Shown: positions 1 through 11,364, counted from the first letter of the stretch. The stretch: DNA of 35,596 bases from Chiloscyllium plagiosum (GCF_004010195.1 NC_057720.1:6522852-6558447), one strand, 5' to 3'. Program-made: numbers and translations. Notes: generated by a model not told the origin, from the sequence alone.

Positions 1-345
1 TCCCCTTTTAGAACCTTATATACCCGATCGGAGACGTCCCGGACCCTGGCACCAGGGAGGCAACATACTTTCCGGGAATCCCGATCCTGACCACAAAATC
101 TCCTGTCGATTCCCCTAACTATCGAGTCCCCTACCACGATATATATGGTCACTGCTTTCCGGCTGCCCCTCTGGTCCTCGTCACTTCCCCCGCTGCTCCC
201 GCTCCTTCTGTGAAAGGGAAAACACCGCTGTCCGCTACCGGTAAGTAATTTTTTTAAAAAACTGCCTTACCTTAGCTGCAGTGTCCCGGGTTCGTCTTAC
301 CCCCGCTGCTGATAGCAGTCAAAATGGCCGTTGGCATCGAAGGGT
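1..345 (-). mobile_element. 5' end of a CR1 LINE: putative 5' UTR joined to the ORF1 SGNH-esterase domain (continues beyond window start)
   Basis: Minus strand 140->1 reads IVVGDSIVRGIDRRFCGQDRDSRKVCCLPGARVRDVSDRVYKVLKG (GDS motif of CR1 ORF1 esterase). The CpG-rich leader has a YY1-like CAAAATGGCCG at 320-330. Confidence 0.8.
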
Positions 346-371
346 GAGTATTTATAATTTCTAAGATAATC

Positions 372-460
372 ATAGTTAAAAATCACACAACACCAAGTTA
401 TAGTCCAACAGGTTTATCTGGAAGCACTAGCTTTCAGAGTACTGCTCCTTCATCAGCTGA
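372..460 (-). mobile_element. PLE-type terminal fragment with degenerate hammerhead motif
   Basis: Reverse complement reads CTGATGA-AGGAGCAGTACTCT-GAAA-GCTA followed by ATAAACCTGTTGGACTATAAC; same family as 11365-11550. Confidence 0.65.
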
Positions 461-639
461 TTGATAACCCCCTTCTCAATTATGGTGTGTTTAAAGTGGT
501 CTCAATGTCCTTGATGAAAATTAGCCAGTCTGTCCACTCTTTATTGCTTTCACTTCAGAGTCTGAAAAGAAAACAGAATGTATTTGAAATGCTCAGCAGG
601 TTAAAAATTGCTAGTGATTCCAAATAAACCTGCTCCTCC

Positions 640-803
640 ATTCAATAACATCAGGCTGCTCTGATTTTAGCCTCAACTCGACATTCTTGCCTGTCCCCAA
701 TAACCGTTCATCCTCTTTATCATCAAGACTCTATAAAGAAGTTTTACAGATTCTTTACCTGGTGCCTTGTGGGGAAGGGAATTCCAAAGACCCCTCAGAG
801 AGA
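640..803 (-). mobile_element. Old CR1 3' fragment
   Basis: Degenerate similarity to the CR1 3' ends elsewhere in the window. Confidence 0.5.
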
Positions 804-1209
804 ATACCAGGGCTCATGACTAGTGTTGTTTGACCCCATTCCTGGAGTCAGCCATTTTGTTGTCCAAATTGGTGCAAGGCTAAAGCTCACATTCCCTCCC
901 CCCAACTATGAAATTCTAAAACAGCCTGGTTAAATGCAATTAAATGAGTTCAGCTGGTACTTTTCAATTAAGCTCAAGCTCCCAACGTGACAGAAGGTGG
1001 CATAACTACCTTGATGTGGACTCCAGCGAATGGCCAGTAACCAACATCCCAATCAGACCCAAGTCCGTATCTGACTGGGTGAGGGTGCAGCCAAAGCCTC
1101 CCCTGGAGACAGATCCTTAAACACAACCCATTCACCTCCATGAGTGGTGCTTTGGTGAACTATAAATTTTCTCAAGTTGGTGACAAGCACAAGAGCTTTC
1201 TTGTTTATC

Positions 1210-1330
1210 AAAACAGAAGCAGAAATTGCTGAAGAAACCCAGCAGGTCTGGGAGCAACTGGTGGAGAGAGGCAACAAAAGAAATATTTGGGTCCGGTGAT
1301 CCTTCTTCAAAACTTGTGGTCGGTAGGAAA
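1210..1330 (-). mobile_element. Old PLE terminal fragment
   Basis: GCAGAAATTGCTGAAGAAACCCAGCAGGTCTGG...CCTTCTTCA resembles the reverse complement of 8659-8765. Confidence 0.5.
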
Positions 1331-1790
1331 TCGTGGTGAGCCCAAGAAGAAATGTTAGAATGGAAATCTTTTCAGAGAAAAGAGCAGAACATTTTCAAGG
1401 TGGGCATTTCTGGAAGAGGCGTTGCATTGAGCTAAACACTAAAGAACTGGCCTGCTGGAAATCTGAAACAAGATTGAAACTGTCATCAGCTGCTCCTCTC
1501 AAACTGAAAAATCTCAATTTGGCCACTTCAACTTTGAGAGCTCTTCTTCTTTCATTGGCTTAGAATGACTCTGCACTGGTCAAAATCCCAGGACCTTGCC
1601 TCTTTCCATCTAGGGTTGGTTCCAGACTCAGAACCAGTGCCAACTCATTTGTTCCACACCCAATGTGAAAATTCAACCCACAGGCTTTTGATAAGGAGTC
1701 AGATCTAGAGGAGCAGCATGAGTTACCCATTCACAGGAACACTGGGGTCACATGAACGTCCTTTGACCAGTCAGCAATGAAACACAGTGT

Positions 1791-2612
1791 CATCGAGTCA
1801 TAGAGATGTAAAGCACGGAAACAGACCCTTTGATCCAACTCGTCCATGCCGACCAGATATCCCAACCCAATCTAGAACTATTTGCCAGCACCCAGCCCAT
1901 ATCCCTCCAAGTCCTTCCTATTCATATACCCATACAGATGCCGTCTAAGTGTTGTAATTGTACCAGCCTCCGCCACTTTCCCTGGCAGCTCATTCCATAC
2001 ACACACTACATGCTGCATGAAAAAGTTGTCCCTTAGGTCCCTTTTTTATCTTTCCCCTCTCACCCTAAACCTATATCCTCTAGTTCTGGACTCCTCCACC
2101 CCAGGGAAAAGACTTTGTAAATTTACCCTATCCATGCCCTTCATGATTTTATAAACCTCTATAAGGTGACCCCTCAGCCTCCGATGCTCCACGGAAAACA
2201 GCTCCAGCCTGTTCAGCCTCTCCCTATAGCTCAAATCCTCCAACCCTGGCAACATCCTTGTAGATCTTTTCTGAACCCTTTCAAGTTTCACAACACCTTT
2301 CTAATAGGAAGGAGACCAGAATTGCATGCAACATTCCAAAAGTGGCCTAACCAATGGTCCTGTACAGCCACAACATGACCTCCCAACTCCTGAACTCAAT
2401 ACGCTGCCCACTAAAAGAAAGCATACCAAACGTCTTCTTCACTATCCTATCTACCTGCGACTCTCCTTTCAAGGAGCTGTGAACCCGCACTCCAAGGTCT
2501 CGTTGTTCAGCAACACTCCCTAGGACCTTACCATTAAGTGTATAAGTCCTGCTTTGATTTGCTTTTCCAAAATGCGGGACTTCGCATTTATCTAAATTAA
2601 ACTCCATCTGCC
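1791..2612 (-). mobile_element. 5'-truncated CR1 (HER1-like) LINE, ORF2 C-terminus plus 3' tail
   Basis: ORFs 2347-2607 (MEFNLDKCEVPHFGK...QRDLGV) and 2046-2291 (KLERVQKRSTRMLPGL..LSYRERL...RTRG) match the CR1 ORF2 C-terminus; TCTATGAC-type tail at the left end. Confidence 0.95.
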
Positions 2613-3504
2613 ATCTGACTTGCTATTGAAGAGATGGGTTGATTTGAACTTGAAACTCACAGACTGAGCAGAGACTGCATTTGTCCTTGTTATATTTCCA
2701 ATTCATAATTAGCACACAGTGAGGAGTGAAAGGGTCAGTTACCATCAAAGGAATATTGCCTTTTACGATGAAGCTTTTGACTGTTCACAGAAATACCAAG
2801 CTTCTTGCACAGAAAAAAACATTGCAATGTGGATTGAAGTGCTAGTGAGTTGGCAAAGGTAGGATTTTGAAACTTTAATGCTCTTGCAACATGTTCAAAG
2901 TAAGCTGATTTGTGGAGCATGCAACACGCATAATTCGTTCTAATCAGTTGCGTTTGAAGTGTAAACTCAACAATATTGAATTCAAATTTTAATGACCTAA
3001 AAAAATATTTTCCTTGCAATGAAACATATTCAAAGCATACATTTAACAGTCACATAAAAAATTTAAATGCTAAAATAAATTCATGAGAAATTCATGAATT
3101 TAATACAATTCTAATGATTGCTCCTGTGATGTGGTTTAAATGCAGTAAGCATCTATTAAAATGCTTTATTTGCATTTGCTGAAACATTAATCAGAAATCT
3201 CTCTCAAACTAATGTCTGATTTATGTCAGGCGGTGAAATACATCAAAGACAATGCAAAAGTGACAGATTTTTGCATTAGAATGTTATTTGGAAAAGATGG
3301 GCTTCCAAAAGACAACCAGAAAATCATGGAATGGTTTGTACACATTTCTGCTTTAAGGTTCACAACATATTTACGAGAATACCATTGTGAAGGGGGCTGC
3401 CATTTTATACTGTAAGAGATGACAGTCCCGATTTGTTAGCGACTTAGGTGTGAAGGTTATAATCTCTTCCAATCGCTTCCGTCAGGCAGCAGACACAGAG
3501 GGAT

Positions 3505-4562
3505 ATTTGTTGTACAAAGGGATCTTGGGGTTCAAGTCCATAGCTCCCTGAAGGTAGCCATGTCAGCAGATACGTGGTAAAGAAGACACATGGCATGGTT
3601 TATTGGTCAGTGAATTGAGTAGGAGAGTCAGGATGTCATGTTGCAGCTTTATTAGGCTTTGGTTAGGTCACACTGAGAGTATTGCATTCAGTTCTGTTCA
3701 CCACATTACAGGAAGGGTGTGAAGGCTTTGCAGAGGGTGCAGAAGAGGTTTACCAGGATGTTGCCTTGGATTAGAGGGTATGAGCTATAAGGAAAGATTA
3801 GAAAAACTTGGTTTTCTCTGGAGCGGCAGAGGCTAAGGGGAGACTCGACAGAAATCTATAAAATTATGACATTCATAGAGATGTAAAGCATGGAAACAGA
3901 CCCTTCGATCTAATTAATCCACACTGACTAGATTTCCTCTATAAACCTAATCCCCATTGTCAATATTTGGCCAATATCCCTCTAATTCATATACACATCC
4001 ATATGCCTTTTAAATGCTGTAATTGTACCAACCTCCACCACTTCCTCTGGCAGCTCAAGCCATACATGCATACCTTCTGCGTGAAAAATTTGCCCCTTAG
4101 GTCTCTTTTATATCTTTCCCCTCTCATCTATACCCTGTAGGTTTGGATTCCCACACCCCAGGGAAAAGATTGTGTCTATTTATCCTATCCGTGCCCCTTG
4201 TGGTTTTATAAACCTCTATAAGGTCTTGATGATCAGAATCTTTTTCCCAGAGTTGAAATGTCTAAAACTAGGGGGCATGCATTTAAGGTGAGGGGGGAGT
4301 GGGGGGTGGGGGGGGGGAAATCCAAAGGAGATGTGAGGGGCAAAGTATTTACCCAGAGAGTGGTAGGAGTCTGGAATGTCTTGCCAGGGATGGTGGTAGA
4401 GGAAGATGCGATAAGGCAGTTTAAAGGACTTTTGGATAAGCACATGAATATGTGAGGAATATAGGGAGAAATGGAACAAGGCAGGCAAAAGGGATTAGTT
4501 TAATTTGGGCACAACATTATTGGCTAAAAGGCCTGTTCCTCTGCTGTATAGTTTTATGTTCC
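3505..4562 (+). mobile_element. CR1 3' fragment interrupted by an opposite-strand CR1
   Basis: QRDLGV...RVQKRFTRML coding remnants, then SKTRGHAFKVRG...FTQRVVGVWN (ORF 4258-4455) and a TTTATGTT tail. Confidence 0.9.
3872..4225 (-). mobile_element. CR1 3' end nested in the 3505-4562 CR1
   Basis: Closely similar to 1797-2165 (CATAGAGATGTAAAGCA.GGAAACAGACCC...AAACCTCTATAAGGT). Confidence 0.9.
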
Positions 4563-4577
4563 TTGCTCTATCCAAAA

Positions 4578-4830
4578 GCTTAAACACATGTGCCAACAGG
4601 CTGAAGAATAGCTTGTTTCCTGTTGTTATTAGAGACCTCTCAAATTTCAAATCTAATGTTGATCTTGCTTCTTGTGCATTTTCTTTGCAGTTGTTACTCT
4701 GTATTCCTCACTCTGTTCAATCATCCTATGATGTTTGTTTGTTATGATATGCCTTTATTGCACACAAAACCAACGTTTCACTGTACCTGGGTCCATGTGA
4801 TAATAATAAATCAAATCAAATGAAATCAAG
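4578..4830 (+). mobile_element. 3' end of a non-CR1 LINE (Rex1/Babar-like)
   Basis: T..NRLKNSLFP.VIR C-terminal remnant, then TTTCACTGTACC...AATAAA and a (TCAAA)n tail; family assigned from recall. Confidence 0.55.
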
Positions 4831-4895
4831 GAAGAACTAGTGATTGTCAACTGAGAAACAAAGAGACTTAAATAGTGTAGCTGGATTTCTTGATG

Positions 4896-4990
4896 TCATT
4901 CCTGATGAAGGGCTCTGTCCCGAAACATCGATTCTCCTGCTCCTCGGATGCTGCCTAACTTGCTGTGCTTTTCGAGTAACACATTCACAA
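4896..4990 (+). mobile_element. PLE 3' terminal fragment with hammerhead motif
   Basis: CTGATGA (4902-4908)-AGGGCTCTGTCCC-GAAA-CATC followed by the shared tail GATTCTCCTGCTCCTCGGATGCTGCC. Confidence 0.8.
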
Positions 4991-5019
4991 CGTCATATTA
5001 TTCATGACTGGACCCTTAT

Positions 5020-6055
5020 TCCAAAACTATTCCTTTAAACTCCTGACGTGGTTCAAGATACATTCTGAATGTTCTCTGTGAAGGATCATGTTGAAGTCTC
5101 CACTTGAAAGAAAGATATATTGGTGTTGGAGGAATGGAGACAGTCCAGAGAAGATTCATTTGCTGATCCCAGGTAAGGAAAGACTGTTGTTTGAGAAGAT
5201 GTTGAGTAGGCTGGGCCAGTGCACGTTCAGAGCTTAGAAGAATGAAAAGTGACATCGTTGAAAAATTCTGGACTCTTAGGGGACATGACAAGGTGAATAG
5301 GGAAAGGTAGTTTCCCTTTGTGGGATAGTCTAAGACCAGAGGACATCATCTCAGAATAAGGGATCACGCATTGAAGACAATGATGAGAAGAAATTTAAAA
5401 GGGACCTTAGGGCCAAATGCTGGCAGGTGGGAATAGATTAATTTAGGAGATCAGGTCAGTATGAATGATTTGGGCCAAAGCCTGTATTTCCGTGCTGTAA
5501 GTCTCAATGGGATGTTGGGCAAGTCCAGAACTAGGGGTTATAATCTAATAATAAGGGCTAAGCCATTCAGGACTGAGGGAAGGAAGAATTTCTTCACTCA
5601 GAGAGTTATGAATTTGTGGAATTCTCTCCCACAGGATGCTGACGGGACCAGTTGGTTAGATATATTCAATAGGAAGGTGCTGGAAAAGCACAGCTGATCA
5701 GGCAGCATCCGAGGAGCAGGAGAATCGACGTTTTGGGAAAAAGTGATTCCTGATGAAGGGCTTATGCCCAAAACATTGATTCTCCTGCTCCTCGGATGCT
5801 GCCTGACCTGCTGTGCTTTTCCAGCACTACATTAATCTAAACTCTGGTTTCCAGAAACTGCAGTCCTCACTTTTACCTATATTCAATAGAGTGCTGGACA
5901 TGGCCCTTGTGGTTAAAGGGATCAAGGGGTATGGGGAGAGGGTGGGAATGGGATACTGAGATTGCAGGATCAGCATGATCATATTGAATGGTGGTGCAGG
6001 CTAGAAGGGCTGAATGGCCTACTCCTGCACTTGTTTTCTATGTTTCTATGTTTTC
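5020..6055 (+). mobile_element. Cluster of degraded CR1 3' fragments
   Basis: GKSRTRGYNLIIR...KNFFTQRVMNLWNSLP (ORF 5461-5697); ends in a TTTCTATGTTTCTATG tail; very similar to 33600-33932. Confidence 0.85.
5673..5877 (+). mobile_element. Fold-back PLE-derived element with 12-bp TSD
   Basis: Inverted arms around a decayed hammerhead; TSD TATATTCAATAG at 5661-5672 and 5878-5889. Confidence 0.9.
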
Positions 6056-6793
6056 TACCCTGACTCTCAGAGGGGAGTGAATCTGCAGAATTCTTCACTG
6101 CAGAGAAAAGTAACTTCTCCACATCTGTGTTGTAAAACTGCTACCCCTTATCCTAAAACTATGACTTCTCATTCTACATCACCCCACAAGAGGAAACATC
6201 CTTTCTGCATTTACTTTGTCAGTCCCCTTTCGCACCAACTAAATTTACTTTCATTTCTCAAAACCCTCGACAGTATAAGCCTAAACTGCTCAATCTGTCT
6301 TCGTAAGACAAATCCCTCATCCCTGGAATCAAACCAGTGAATCTCCTGATGCCCTGATGCCAAAATCCATCCTCACGTCAGGGGACAAAGATTCTGTGCT
6401 GTAGTCCAGCTGTGGTCTCACTAATGCTTTCTTAACTTATTTGTTTATTTTCTACTTCTGTAACTAAGATTTTATACGTGGGCATGTTGTACCTAAGATA
6501 GCACCACGTGTGGTGATATTAAATACTTTTCCATTTGCTCTTGTACACCTTACTTGAGTGTGCGTGACAGTAAAACCTAAGGCCTGAAAAACACCTAATA
6601 TTGTAAACGACAGTAATAACCCTTGTGGATTGGGGTTTGAGGGGCTGATGGCTTTGAGTTTAGTACTAACGATGTTTAATGTAATCTCCTCCAGCCCCGC
6701 AATGCATAAAACCCTGCACATGCTTAATACTGACCTCTTATTCCCCCCCCATTTCCCTTCAACCCTTCAGCTCCCTAAGTCTTTAACTCAAAT

Positions 6794-7106
6794 AAAATCC
6801 CTACAGTGTGGAAGCAGGTCACGCAGCCCAGTGAGTCCACACCGAACCTCCGAAAAGCACCCTTTCCAATCTCACTCCATCCCTGTAACCCCATGGATAA
6901 ACTATGGGCAATTTAACACAGCCACTCCACCCTAACCTGCACATTTTTAGACCGTGGGAAGAAACCAGAGGACTTGGAGGAGACCCACATCACAGGCAGA
7001 ACGTGCAAACTCCACACACAGTCACAGTCACCCGAGGGTGAAATTGAACCCAGGTTCCTGGTGCTGTGAGGCAGCAGTATTAACCACTGAGCCATTGTGC
7101 CACCCC
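6794..7106 (-). mobile_element. HE1-type V-SINE
   Basis: Minus-strand A/B-box tRNA-like head and the central TTTGCACGTTCT...GGTTTCTTCCCAC domain. Confidence 0.9.
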
Positions 7107-7159
7107 TGGCAGTGTGATTCAAACCTCTCTCATTGCCCCTTTGAGAGCTATCTGCTGTG

Positions 7160-7775
7160 GTTTGGTTGGTTATCAACTGAATCTCATGGCTCTGAGTTCA
7201 AGCACTTCTCTAGAACTTGAGCGTGACTACCAAGAGTGACGTTCCCAGTGCAGTACTGAGTAGATGCTGCACAGTAGAAAGTCAATTAATCATAGAATCC
7301 CTACTGTGTGAAGGCAGGCTATTTGGCCCATTGAGTCCACACCGACCCTCTGAAAAAACATCCCTCCCAGACCCATCTCCTACCCTATCACTGTCACTCT
7401 GCATTTCCCATGGCTAATCCACATAACCTGCACAATCCTGGACACACTTTGGGTGTGCAAAGCATGGCATCCTGCCTGGTGGATGGGAGCTTAAATTTGA
7501 GCTTTCATCTGGCTACTTTAGGATGGGTGTAAGACTATATGAAGGAGATCTGGTAAGGTATACTGTCCAATATTTATCCCTTAATTAAAATTGCAGAAAC
7601 AGATTTCCTGGCCATCATTACGTTGCTGTTTGTGACAATGTCTTTTGTACAAATACCTGCCATGTTTCTTGAATACATTCGGGGTAACACTTAGAAAAGA
7701 AAGCATTGCATTGACTGGAAAGCATTTGAAAATGTCAGATGTTCATGAATCACACTAAATGAGTGGAAGCTTTAG
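7160..7775 (+). mobile_element. Degraded Deu-domain SINE (SacSINE1/AmnSINE1-like), interrupted by an HE1 fragment at ~7288-7450 (minus)
   Basis: CCCAGTGCAGTACTGAG..TGCTGCAC, CCAATATTTATCCC and CATTACGTTGCTGTTTGTG resemble recalled Deu-SINE consensus blocks and the copy at 32095-34465. Confidence 0.65.
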
Positions 7776-8197
7776 CTTCTGAAGACATGAGCTGTCTACT
7801 TACTATCCAATGAGTCTGTTTGATAATTTCTCCTTAGAAACAGTTTGGTGCATGTCACTGCTGAAAGATGCTCGATAAATACAGGTGCTGATGTTTGAAT
7901 ATTGTGCTGACATGTGAGGAGTGCGAATTTGATTGGAATAGCTGCGAATGACTGACATTCTCTGAAACCAGATCTCAGCAGGTGGCCATGCCTTTCCAAA
8001 CGCAGCTGGGTGTAAAGGAGAGGGAAAGAAATAAATGAACTTCCTGATTAACTCCAGGTAGCTAATCTGTTCCTTTGTTCACTGTGAACCTTCAGCATTC
8101 GATCAATAAAGTTTTTTCTGACTGGTGTTTCCAGTCAAGAGACTGGAATAAGTGGAGCTGACTAACTGAAGGAACAATGTTGGTCACCTGCAGTAAT

Positions 8198-8468
8198 TCA
8201 TAGATCTCTAAAGTTGGAAACAGGCCATTTGGCCCAGCGGGCCCTCACCAACCCCCCTGAAGAGCATCCCATCAACCCTATCCCTGAAACTTTGCATTCT
8301 CCATGGTCAGTCCATCCTAATGTGAGCATCATCCTGTGGGAAGAAACCAGAGATCTCAGAGGAAGCCCAACAGACACGGTGGGGAGTATGCAAACTCCAC
8401 ACAGACAGTTGGCCGAGGATAAAATTGAACCTGGCAACAGTGTTAACCATTGAGCCACCGTGTCAGCC
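8198..8468 (-). mobile_element. HE1-type V-SINE (degraded)
   Basis: Similar to the other HE1 copies. Confidence 0.85.
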
Positions 8469-8654
8469 TTCATACCAGGGCCTTGCTATGTAGCCTAGCA
8501 ATACTGGAAACATTACATACAACTGATGGCAAGGCTTGGAAAAGTCAAAATTATTATTGTCTATTTTCCTTTCATAACATGACATTCACAATTCATAGGT
8601 TTGCATTAATTGACCTTATGATACTCACACACTAGTTAGAACTTCTGATTTTGG

Positions 8655-8765
8655 TTCTGGTTCTGAAGGAGGGTCGCTGGACCTGAAATGTTAACTCTGA
8701 TTTCTCTGCACAGCTATAATCAGACCTGCTGAGCTTTTCCAGCAATTTCTGATTTTGTTTCTGGT
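8655..8765 (+). mobile_element. PLE terminal fragment with degenerate hammerhead
   Basis: GGTT-CTGAAGG-A-GGGTC GCTG GACCT-GAAA-TGTT-AACT at 8659-8696. Confidence 0.7.
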
Positions 8766-9470
8766 TTTGATCCCTTCCTTGAGGAAGAATGTAGTTACAT
8801 TGCAGGCAGTTCAGAGAAGCTTGACTACATTAACTCCGGCAATGAAAGTCTTGCATTATGAGGAACCATAGAACAGTTTAGGCTTCACTCGGTAGAGTTT
8901 AGAAGGATGAGAGGAGATCTAACTGAGGTACATGAGAAGCTAATGAGGATAGAGTCAACATAGAGTCAATGTTCTGGATCAGTGGTGCTGGAAGAGCACA
9001 GCAATTCAGGCAGCATCCAAGGACAGGCAAAATCGATGTTTCGGGCAAAAAAGGGCTTTTGCCCGAAACGTCGATTTTGCCTGTCCTCGGATGCTGCCTG
9101 AATTGCTGTGCTCTTCCAGCACCACTGATCCAGAATCTGATTTCCAGCGTCTGCAGTCATTGTTTTTACCTCATAGAGTCAATGTTGCCCCTTGTGGGGC
9201 AATCCAGAGTGCAAGGTCATAGCTTTAGGAAAAGGGGCAACAGAGAGGAAGAGAAATAACTTCTATCCATGGAATTCACTTCTCCAGATTGTGGTGGATG
9301 CTGGGCCATATATATATATGGAGGAGATAAATTAATAGGTTGAAGAATTATGGAGAGCAGGCAGGAAAGTAGAGTTGAGGTCAAGATGCTATGAACCAGC
9401 ATCATATTGAATGGCAGAGCAGGCTAGAAGGGCTGAATGGCCTACACTTGTTCCTAATTCTTATGTCCTT
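8765..9470 (+). mobile_element. Degraded CR1 3' fragment
   Basis: GCAGTTCAGAGAAG...TTTAGAAGGATGAGAGGAGATCT...GGGCTGAATGGCCTAC tail. Confidence 0.8.
8974..9171 (+). mobile_element. Fold-back PLE-derived element with 15-bp TSD
   Basis: Near-perfect inverted arms; TSD CATAGAGTCAATGTT at 8959-8973 and 9172-9186. Confidence 0.9.
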
Positions 9471-9807
9471 ATTACCTAAGATATTTGTGAATGCTGCCAC
9501 CAATCCGCTTAGACAGGAAAATCAAACGGTATTGAGTTTTAACAAAATATAACCTACTGCAGGATAAGAATTAGCTACAAGTTATGTGAGTGAGTTAGAC
9601 ATTTTTCATTCATTTATGAATATGGGTATCACTGTTTATGCTGGGCTTTATTGTCCACAACCATCCATTATCACAGTGGGGAGACTTCAATTTCACAGTT
9701 TGATTGGCAACTATAAATGGTGACAGACTCCATGAAGTAGGGTAATAAATAAGTTCCAATGCATGTTGTTTCAAGGGAGTGTGCACTTCACTGAAATACT
9801 TGTTGTT

Positions 9808-10372
9808 AAGATTAGATTCCCTACAGTATAGAAACAGGCCCTTCGGCCCAACAAGTCCACACCGACCCCTCCAAAAAGTACCTACCCAGACTCACTTCCC
9901 TACGTTTGTGGGTGGCACGGTGGCACAGTGGTTAGCACTGCTGCCTCACAGCGCCAGAGACCCGGGTTCAATTCCCGACTCAGGCACTCCAATTGGGTGC
10001 TCCAATTCCTTTGGGTGCTCCGGTTTCCTCCCACAGTCCAAAGATGTGCGGGTCAGGTGAATTGCCCGTAGTGTTAGGTTAGGGGTATGGGTGGGTTACG
10101 CTTCGGCGGGGCGGTGTGGAGTTGTTGGGCCGAATGGCCTGTTTCCACACTGTAAGTAATCTAATTTACCCCTGACTAATGCACTTCACACCATGGAAAA
10201 TTTAGCTTGGCCAATTCACCTAAGCTGCACATCTTTGGACTGTGGGAGGAAATTGGGGCACCCAAAGGAAACCCACACAGACACGGGGGAGAATGTGGAA
10301 ACTCCACACAGTCAGTCGCCTGAGGCGGGACTCATACTCAGGGCCCTGGTGCTGTAAGCCACTGTGCCGCCC
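9808..10372 (-). mobile_element. HE1 SINE (minus) containing a second HE1 (plus, ~9910-10164)
   Basis: The outer copy is split into ~9808-9905 and ~10165-10372; the inner copy starts GGTGGCACGGTGGCACAGTGG and ends GTAATCTAAT. Confidence 0.9.
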
Positions 10373-10843
10373 GCTTGTTGAAGGAATGTAAATATTGTAA
10401 ATAGGTTTCCATGAATGTTTTTATTTAACAGACTTGAAATCTTTAATACACAATCAAACATTTACTAAATAAAACTCATTTTTATTGCAGCTCTGCATGG
10501 CTGCTGAGGTTCTATTCATGGTGGATGCTCAGTGAATTGACTTTTACTGGAAAGACAAAAGTGGTACATGTGTTGGCATAAAGGGCCATATGTGTGTGTG
10601 AGTAGAGGAGCGTTGATAGACACAGAGGACATGAGGTACCATGGGGGTGGTATAAGGGTATGAGGTGGTATGATTAGGTGTGGGCGGGGCATGCAGAGTG
10701 TCTGGCAGCATCAGGGGGTTGGAGGTGGGGGGTGCATCAGGGCTGACAACTGGATGTCGGTTTTATACTTTATTCATTTTCATTTGAGACTTCAATGCAG
10801 TACTAGCGCATGGGGGAGGCAGGTTTTCCACAGAGGCCACTGT

Positions 10844-11162
10844 GGGTGGCATGGTGGCTCAGTGGTTAGCACTGCTGCTTCAGAGCGGCAGATTCCAGCC
10901 TCGGGAACTGTCTGTGTGAAGTTGAGAAATTCTTCCATGTCTGTGTGGAGAATTTAAATCTGCCGTTCCTTTTCCCCCAATCCCAAAGATGTGCAGGTTT
11001 GGTGAACTGGCCGTGCTAAATTGCCCATGGTGTTAGGTGCATTAGTCAGGGGTAAATGCAGGGTAGAGGAATGGTTGTAGGTGGGTTACTCTTCAGAGGG
11101 TTGGTGTGGACTTGTTGGGCCAAAGGGCCTGTCTCCATACTGAAGGGAATCTAATCTAATCT
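10844..11162 (+). mobile_element. HE1-type V-SINE
   Basis: A-box TGGCTCAGTGG and (ATCTA)n tail. Confidence 0.9.
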
Positions 11163-11364
11163 GTGTGTGATATCCTACAGCCCCACATTGGGCCTGTCAG
11201 TCCTGACTTCCAAAATAGCGTGGTATAACTCCTGGTACCTTGTGAATTTTGCCAGTGATATCAATATATAGCAGAGGTTAAAGTTTGAGATACTTTGCCT
11301 TGAAGTAATTGATTGCCACCATGTCTTCTTAATCTTTGCTTGTCTTTGGCTTATCTAGTGATTA

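Noticed and set aside
4844..5038. Recurrent peptides such as PETSILLLLGCCLTCCAF and MAQWLALLPHS as a small-protein family
   Set aside because: Incidental translations of PLE tails and HE1 SINEs.
5750..5780. Active hammerheads at 5750, 9050, 14309 and 23705-23735
   Set aside because: Core or stems are disrupted (GAAA to AAAA, missing CUGAnGA, or broken stems).
10570..10745. G-rich strand-biased stretch and ORF 10670-10957
   Set aside because: Low complexity with no clear period; the ORF runs into an HE1 SINE.
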